This document shows, piece after piece, positions 9,381 to 15,229 of a DNA stretch of 15,229 nt (position 1 is its first letter; every line of letters begins with the position of its first letter). The stretch is from Calditrichia bacterium (GTDB lineage: Bacteria > Calditrichota > Calditrichia > RBG-13-44-9). A program made the translations under genes and the position numbers. The notes below the pieces were generated by a model. The model made no database searches, was not told the DNA's origin, and saw nothing but the letters and a program-made list of their open reading frames with translations. The DNA is taken from assembly GCA_037381445.1 (NCBI GenBank), contig JARRQT010000049.1, positions 12,947 through 28,175 on the forward strand, read 5' to 3'.

Positions 9381-10118
9381 ATGAGTTTAGCGACGATTAT
9401 TTTGGCGGCGGGCAAGGGCAAAAGAATGAAATCCGACCTGCCGAAGGTACTTCATCCGCTGAATGACAGACCCATGATTCAGTATGTGATTGAGGTGGCC
9501 GAGGAGATCGGATCACAGAAAATTGTATTGATTGTAGGTCATAAAAAAGAATTGGTTATGGAGGCGGTAAAAGATCGCAATGTGGAATTCGTTGTCCAGG
9601 AACAACAACTGGGTACCGGGCATGCTGTTCGTCAGACTGAAAATCTTTTCAGAAATTTTGAAGGAGATGTGCTGGTGCTTTCCGGTGATGTCCCTTTACT
9701 CACCGCGGAAACTATACGGCACCTGATAGAAATTCATAAACAGGAAAAGCCGCTCGCTACACTGTTGACCGCTGAAATGGACGATCCCACCGGCTATGGG
9801 CGCATTGTGCGGGATGAAAATGGTTTTGTGCAAAAAATCGTGGAGCACAAAGATGCTGATTCCGATATTCTCAAAATTAAAGAGATAAATGTGGGAATAT
9901 ATCTGTTTAATGGCCCCAAACTATTTGAAACTCTGCCCCTTATCCGGAATGATAACAGCCAGGGAGAATATTACCTTCCGGATGTGGTTAAAATTTATGT
10001 TGATCGCGGAGAAAAAGTGGCAGCCGTCCTCACTTCCGATGTCGAGGAGACCCATGGCATTAATGATGTGGAACAATTGACCCGGGCAGAAAAATTATTG
10101 TTGGAGAGAATTTCATAG
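9381..10118 (+). CDS. GlmU N-terminal-domain-only nucleotidyltransferase (probable GlcNAc-1-phosphate uridyltransferase)
   Basis: ILAAGKGKRMKSDLPKVLH, QEQQLGTGHAV, LSGDVPLL, DPTGYGRIVR, IVEHKDA, EINVGIY, NSQGEYYLPD, GIND. It ends at 245 aa with no hexapeptide acetyltransferase domain. AAGGAG RBS. Confidence 0.9.
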   Translation: MSLATIILAAGKGKRMKSDLPKVLHPLNDRPMIQYVIEVAEEIGSQKIVLIVGHKKELVMEAVKDRNVEFVVQEQQLGTGHAVRQTENLFRNFEGDVLVLSGDVPLLTAETIRHLIEIHKQEKPLATLLTAEMDDPTGYGRIVRDENGFVQKIVEHKDADSDILKIKEINVGIYLFNGPKLFETLPLIRNDNSQGEYYLPDVVKIYVDRGEKVAAVLTSDVEETHGINDVEQLTRAEKLLLERIS

Positions 10119-10304
10119 GAATATTCATTAGTCAAATATGTGCTTTAGGGAATTGCAGGCAGTTTATCGATTTCGACCGCAATCTGAATTGCCCTGTCCG
10201 TACAAGCAAAATCTTCGATGGATTTCCTCTGGGAAACGGCGGATCTGTTTGCGTTGGAATAATTTGATTACCGGATTTTAAGAAATTAGGAACAGAGAAT
10301 AAAA

Positions 10305-11684
10305 ATGAGCAAAGATAATGAGTTGTTAGATTCCGGACAAAAGCAGGAATATACCTCCCAAATAAACGCCCGGGCCAAAATTGTGGATATACTGACCAAA
10401 GTGGAAAGCCGGATGGCATATTCTGATAAGCTCCTGGAAAAAGAGCTTAAAGAATTCGAGGACGTTGACCGCCGCTTTATTACTGAGATCGTCAATGGTG
10501 TCCTTCGCTGGCGGCTGAGGCTGGATTGGTATTTAAATCAGCTCTACACCGGTGCCTATGAAAACCTTATCACAGAAGTGAAAAATAATCTGCGCTCCTC
10601 GGTGTATCAACTTGTATATATGGATAAAGTCCCCCCTTACGCAGTTCTCTATGAAGCGGTTGAGATAGCTAAAGCCAAATATAACCAGAAGACCGCCAAT
10701 CTTGTGAATGCAGTGCTGCGGAATTTTCTGCGTCAACAGAAAAAATTTGATGTGATGGAAACTCAGCTTGACGTGCTGGAACGATTCTCTTTGAAATACT
10801 CCCATCCCAAGTGGTTGGTTCAGCGATGGATCGAATATTGGGGAATCGACGAGGTCGCTTTGCTGTGTGAAGCCAATAATAAACGGCCACGCCTATCTGT
10901 CCGCCTGAATGAGCGCTTGATTGACCGGGATGTTTTTTTCAAGGTCCTGGACGAAAACGGTGTCCGCTATGAAATTCATCCTCAGTTTCCGAATTTTGTG
11001 TGGATCGATAATTTTCAGGAGTTCAGAAAATTGGATTTTATCAATAAAGGCTGGGTATCGGTTCAGGATATCAGCACCGGACTTCCCGTGCTTGCCCTCG
11101 ATCCCCAGGTGGGTGAGACCATTTTGGACATGTGTGCAGCCCCGGGAGGGAAGACCGGTTATATCGGCGAAAAAATGGAAAATCGGGGGAAGATTTTTGC
11201 TCTGGACCGCCGGTTATCCCGCATTCGTTTGACGCTGGAGAATCTGGAGCGTCTGGGCCTCAGTAATTTTGAGGTCATGGCCGCGGATTCAAATTCTCTT
11301 CCGATGAATCTCCGGTTTGACCGTATCCTGCTGGACGCTCCCTGTTCCGGCTACGGCGTGCTGAGCAAGCGCGTTGATTTAAAATGGAAGCGGACCGAAG
11401 AAAACATTTTTAGTATGAAAACGCTGCAGTTGTCGCTGCTGGATAGCGCGGCGACGGTCCTGAAACCAGGCGGCGTCCTGGTCTACAGTACCTGCACCAT
11501 CGAACCGGAAGAGAATGATAAGGTCATATCCGCATTCCTGGAACAACATCCGGAATTCGGGCTGGAGGACTTGCGCAGTTTGGTTCCGGCCGTATATCTG
11601 GAAGACAGATATTTTGTCAAAACCTTTCCTCACAAGCATAAAATGGATGGCTCCTTCGCTGCACGGCTGCGCAAAAAGCAGTGA
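10305..11684 (+). CDS. rsmB: 16S rRNA (cytosine967-C5)-methyltransferase RsmB/Sun
   Basis: NusB-like N-terminus (PPYAVLYEAVEIAK...LVNAVLRN), YSHPKWL, DMCAAPGGKT, LLDAPCSG, YSTCT..PEEN, DGSFAA. Confidence 0.95.
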   Translation: MSKDNELLDSGQKQEYTSQINARAKIVDILTKVESRMAYSDKLLEKELKEFEDVDRRFITEIVNGVLRWRLRLDWYLNQLYTGAYENLITEVKNNLRSSVYQLVYMDKVPPYAVLYEAVEIAKAKYNQKTANLVNAVLRNFLRQQKKFDVMETQLDVLERFSLKYSHPKWLVQRWIEYWGIDEVALLCEANNKRPRLSVRLNERLIDRDVFFKVLDENGVRYEIHPQFPNFVWIDNFQEFRKLDFINKGWVSVQDISTGLPVLALDPQVGETILDMCAAPGGKTGYIGEKMENRGKIFALDRRLSRIRLTLENLERLGLSNFEVMAADSNSLPMNLRFDRILLDAPCSGYGVLSKRVDLKWKRTEENIFSMKTLQLSLLDSAATVLKPGGVLVYSTCTIEPEENDKVISAFLEQHPEFGLEDLRSLVPAVYLEDRYFVKTFPHKHKMDGSFAARLRKKQ

Positions 11685-11933
11685 TATTTGCGGATGTGCG
11701 ATTAATCTGTGTCATGCTCGTCTTGGTGCCAGGGAGATAATATTATTTTTATCAGGGGTGGATGGTCTTCTGTTTCGCCCATTAATCCTCTGATCTGACT
11801 TGCCGCATTGCGCCGGATAAACTCCCCGCGCATACATGCGCTGTCGGAAATCCGGTCAGCCTGCCCAGTTCCTGCCGCCCATTTCACCACCATACTGCCC
11901 GTATTGTAACCAAAAAAATAGATATTAAGCCAT

Positions 11934-12914
11934 TTATTCCGGTGGCATTGCATTTGTATTTATTTCAGATGAATATTCAGGGAAGAATATTCGGATTAAC
12001 TGCCAGAATTCTTCAGGAAGAGGAGCAGTCAATGAAAAATTCTCTTTTTTAACGGGGTGGTAGAAACTCATTTTCCGGCAGTGTAAAAACATGCGGTATG
12101 CCTGATCGGGGATATTCAGTTCAGCCGCAGGCATTGGATTGAGGTTATACCTGGAATCGCCAAGGATTGGCAGGGAAGAAAAGGCCAGATGAAGCCGGAT
12201 CTGGTGGGTTCGTCCGGTGAGGGGATTTGCTTCAATCAAACACAGATCCGGATTCTGGTGCTGATTGACGAGGTGAAATTCACTCATTGAATTTACGTGA
12301 TCTTGTTCGGGTTGAGAAGTTAATTTGAAAAAGTTTGAATTCCTGCGGGAGCGGGAAATTTTGCCCTGCACAGTCCAATCGGAATTCGTTGGATTGCCCT
12401 GGCAAATGGCAAAATAGGTTTTCCGGATCCGTCTGTTCTGCATTTGCGAATTAAGCAATTGCGCCATTTGATGAGTCAGGGGAATTAAGAGCAGGCCGCT
12501 GGTATCCTTGTCCAGGCGATGAAAAGGATAGAATTTTGAAGGAAGGATTCCGGATTTCTTTAAGTAATGATAAACATTGTGAACTGCCGAATCCCGCGTC
12601 GGTGCAGTCGGAATTCCGGCAGGTTTGTTTATCGCAAGCAGATTTTCATCTTTGTAAATTAGAAGGTTTGACCAATGGATTTGATTTCCTTTGTTTTCGA
12701 TCTCCTCATTTTGTTCGATGCGAATCTCAATAACAGCAGGCGGGACGACCTGATAAGAAGCCTTACGGATTCGTTTCCCATCGACAAAGACGCTTCCCAT
12801 ATCGATGAACCGTTTGATTTGCCGTCGGGAAAGATTGGCGTTGTGTAAAGCCACCTGCTTGTCCAACCGCTCCGCGCCCGCGCTTCGGGAAATTGTTATT
12901 TTAATGATTTCCAT
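11934..12914 (-). CDS. RluA/RluC/RluD family pseudouridine synthase with N-terminal S4 domain
   Basis: S4-like ERLDKQVA...SRRQIKRFIDMGSVFVDG, INKPAG, catalytic HRLDKDTSG, TGRTHQIRLHL, PILGDSRY, FLHC. Confidence 0.93.
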   Translation of the reverse strand: MEIIKITISRSAGAERLDKQVALHNANLSRRQIKRFIDMGSVFVDGKRIRKASYQVVPPAVIEIRIEQNEEIENKGNQIHWSNLLIYKDENLLAINKPAGIPTAPTRDSAVHNVYHYLKKSGILPSKFYPFHRLDKDTSGLLLIPLTHQMAQLLNSQMQNRRIRKTYFAICQGNPTNSDWTVQGKISRSRRNSNFFKLTSQPEQDHVNSMSEFHLVNQHQNPDLCLIEANPLTGRTHQIRLHLAFSSLPILGDSRYNLNPMPAAELNIPDQAYRMFLHCRKMSFYHPVKKENFSLTAPLPEEFWQLIRIFFPEYSSEINTNAMPPE

Positions 12915-12969
12915 GGCCCCGTTTTGGCTCTAAATTTATGTAGATTATATTGGTATTACAAAGGAAAAC

Positions 12970-13302
12970 ATGGAAGTCAGTACGACGCACAGATTTGAAG
13001 ATGAATGGCGCGCCAAAGCACTAATTGATTACAAAATAATCAGCAAAAGCTAATTGGATGAACTCCGGGCCCGCTTTCCGGATCAAAAATATTTTATGGA
13101 TGTCCTGATTGACAACAATTATCTGGGACTTGAGGAAATTGCGGTTTTTGTGGAGAATGCAATCCAGATTCCTTATGTCAATCTGGACCAGACGGAAATT
13201 GATACATCTCTCATTAAATTAATTCCGGAACACATCTGCCTCAAACACCGGGTCTTTCCCTTTAGCATGAAAAAGAACCATCTGGTGCTGGCCGGGAGCT
13301 GA
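12970..13302 (+). pseudogene. Disrupted, truncated paralog of the GspE/PilB N-terminal domain
   Basis: From ATG 12970 (AAGGA RBS): MEVSTTHRFEDEWRAKALIDYKIISKS*LDELRARF...VFPFSMKKNHLVLAGS*. In-frame TAA at 13051-13053. It aligns without gaps to residues 1-108 of the 13828 ATPase (about 50/108 identical by hand count), after which similarity stops. Confidence 0.8.
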
Positions 13303-13827
13303 AATTATGATCAGTCGAAAAGAATTTCTACTTATGCGGTATAATAGGTTTCTATCATCCAAAAGTGAATGATCTTTCCCAATATCAACCAGGATTTTGA
13401 ACTTTCCGCTATCATCGTTTTTCAAGTTGTTTTTCATTGCTTCATATGATAGTTGAGCTGGCAATCTGTCCCTCTCTTTGAATTTCCTTGTAGCAAAGTT
13501 CTCTAACAATGATTGCTTTGCGTGCTATTTATTCAAAGACATCAAAGTTTTTTTCAATGTTAGAAAGCATAAATTTCGAGCAAATGAATTTTTGTGACTG
13601 GCCTCAAAATTCCTGTGTGATGGAGTAAATCCGGATTTTATCCACGCAAAACGGGTAAATTATTCACTAATAATGCGCCTTTTCTATGGTTTTTATCAAA
13701 TTGCTTCAAACATTGAAATAAGTAAAAGAGATTATGTGACTATTACCACTTGCCAGCCAGCAAAGTTATCGATATTTGGGGGAAAAATTTGTTAGGTGAT
13801 AAAGAGGTTTCCTGGAGTGAATGACAG

Positions 13828-15229
13828 ATGATGGTTGAAAATAAGCACAAATTTTCTGACGAGTGGTTAGTGAAGGCGTTACTGGATTATCAGATTATTG
13901 ACAAGGGCTTTGTTGACGAATCCAGAATCAGGTACTCTGAAAATGAATACTTTCTCGATGTTCTTCTGGAAAATAATCATCTTTCAGCTGAGGATATTGC
14001 GGCCTTTGTAGAAAATGTGCTGCAGATTCCCTTTATAGATCTCAATGGTGCCGAAATAGATCCGCTTGCCGTAGAGGTTATTCCGGAAAAAATCTGCAGG
14101 GAATATCAAATTTTCCCTTTCCAACAGAGCGAGAAACAAATAGAGGTGGCTTTCGCAAATCCCTTCAATCTTGAAGCTGAAAAAGAAATAGCCTACCTGA
14201 CCGGGAAATATGTGAAGAGTTATTTTGGTTTGAAGGACCAGATCAAAGCAAAGACTGAAGAATATTATTCACCGGATTCTTTTATTGATAATCTGGTTGA
14301 CCGTGCTAATATCGAAAAAACGGTGATTATTTCCGGGGGGCGCAAAATTGAGGAAAACACTCCGGTTGTGAAACTGGTCAGTTTGATTCTGGGGGATGCG
14401 ATTGATAAAGACGCCAGCGATATTCATATTGAGCCCAAGGAAAAGCTGGTGATTATCCGTTACCGGATTGATGGCATTCTGCGAAATGTACTGGAAGTGC
14501 CCAAGAGTCTGCAGGCCTCACTAACCAGCAGAATCAAAATCCTTGCAAACATGAATATTGCGGAGACCCGGAAACCGCAGGATGGTGGCGCAAAAGTTGT
14601 TCAGGATGGAACGGATATCGATCTGCGAATATCCATCCTGCCCACCAATTTCGGAGAAAAAGTTGTTATTCGTATTCTCGATAAAAGGAAAGCGAAGTTG
14701 TCTTTCGAACAACTGGGGATTCACGGGGAGAATCTCGATCTGCTGGAAAAATGTTTTGCGAAAACCCAGGGAATCATATTGGTAACCGGTCCCACCGGAT
14801 CTGGGAAAACGACCACGCTTTATGCGGCGCTAAACAGAATCCGAAATAATACCAATAATATTATCACCATTGAAGACCCCATCGAATATAAGATAGAAGG
14901 CATTAATCAGGTTCAGGTGAATGAAAAGGCCGGGGTTACTTTCTCCTCCGCACTTCGCTCCTTCCTCCGGCAGGACCCGGATGTAATGCTGGTGGGAGAG
15001 ATCAGGGACCGCGAAACAGCAGAAATTGCGATTCAGGCGTCTTTAACGGGGCATCTGGTGCTCAGCACCCTTCACACCAATGATGCGCTGGTTGCTATTA
15101 CCCGTCTTATAGATATGGGAATAGATCCCTATAAGATTGCCTCCTCGCTGGAGGCAATTATTGCTCAGCGGCTTGTGAGGGTTTTGTGCCCTCATTGCCG
15201 GAGCGAAATCAAACCAGGAAAATCCGAAA
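13828..15229 (+). CDS. GspE/PulE/PilB family type II secretion / type IV pilus assembly ATPase, 3'-partial
   Basis: Not in the ORF track because there is no stop in the window. Manual translation: MMVENKHKFSDEWLVKALL...ASDIHIEP...RYRIDG...RKPQDG...GEKVVIRILD...Walker A GPTGSGKTTT...TIEDPIEY...LRQDPDVMLVGEIRD...GHLVLSTLHTN...AQRLVRVLCPHC (first Zn-binding CxxC). An in-frame TGA at 13822 bounds the start. Confidence 0.95.
   Translation, partial: MMVENKHKFSDEWLVKALLDYQIIDKGFVDESRIRYSENEYFLDVLLENNHLSAEDIAAFVENVLQIPFIDLNGAEIDPLAVEVIPEKICREYQIFPFQQSEKQIEVAFANPFNLEAEKEIAYLTGKYVKSYFGLKDQIKAKTEEYYSPDSFIDNLVDRANIEKTVIISGGRKIEENTPVVKLVSLILGDAIDKDASDIHIEPKEKLVIIRYRIDGILRNVLEVPKSLQASLTSRIKILANMNIAETRKPQDGGAKVVQDGTDIDLRISILPTNFGEKVVIRILDKRKAKLSFEQLGIHGENLDLLEKCFAKTQGIILVTGPTGSGKTTTLYAALNRIRNNTNNIITIEDPIEYKIEGINQVQVNEKAGVTFSSALRSFLRQDPDVMLVGEIRDRETAEIAIQASLTGHLVLSTLHTNDALVAITRLIDMGIDPYKIASSLEAIIAQRLVRVLCPHCRSEIKPGKSE

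Noticed and set aside
11702..11953. 83-aa minus-strand ORF downstream of the pseudouridine synthase
   Set aside because: No recognisable motif or clear RBS; cannot be supported as a CDS, though not excluded.
13051..13053. In-frame stop as selenocysteine/pyrrolysine recoding or an alternative genetic code
   Set aside because: The codon is TAA, which is used as a normal stop by many genes here, and the aligned residue in the paralog is Phe.
13219..13509. 96-aa minus-strand ORF as an intact gene
   Set aside because: Its last ~25 codons are antisense to the GspE-like fragment and it has a TTG start without a clear RBS; treated only as a possible remnant.
12970..14160. Duplicated segment as a DGR template/variable repeat pair or recombination cassette
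   Set aside because: Similarity is mainly at the protein level with many synonymous and non-adenine differences, and there is no reverse transcriptase or recombinase in the window.

Overview
Bacterial chromosomal window made mostly of housekeeping genes. No rRNA, tRNA, CRISPR array or mobile element was recognised. Left (minus strand): a tightly coupled six-gene run encoding a long-form glucose-1-phosphate thymidylyltransferase, a crotonase, a soluble histidine kinase with a degenerate N-terminal receiver-like domain, an MtnX-like HAD-IB phosphatase, a lone mannose-family PTS EIIB, and YjbQ (runs off the edge). Divergent from it: CIRCE-groES-groEL-terminator, then panB-panC, a GlmU-like uridyltransferase lacking the acetyltransferase domain (preceded by a perfect TTGAT-N4-ATCAA box), rsmB, and a convergent RluA/RluD-family pseudouridine synthase. 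Right: a broken, truncated paralog of the N-terminal domain of a GspE/PilB ATPase, possibly joined to a decayed opposite-strand gene, followed by an uninterrupted GspE/PilB-family ATPase (runs off the edge) whose N-terminal domain lacks the canonical MshEN c-di-GMP motif. I cannot show a clearly novel system. The best leads are the kinase/phosphatase/orphan-EIIB operon and the duplicated GspE/PilB N-terminal domain.
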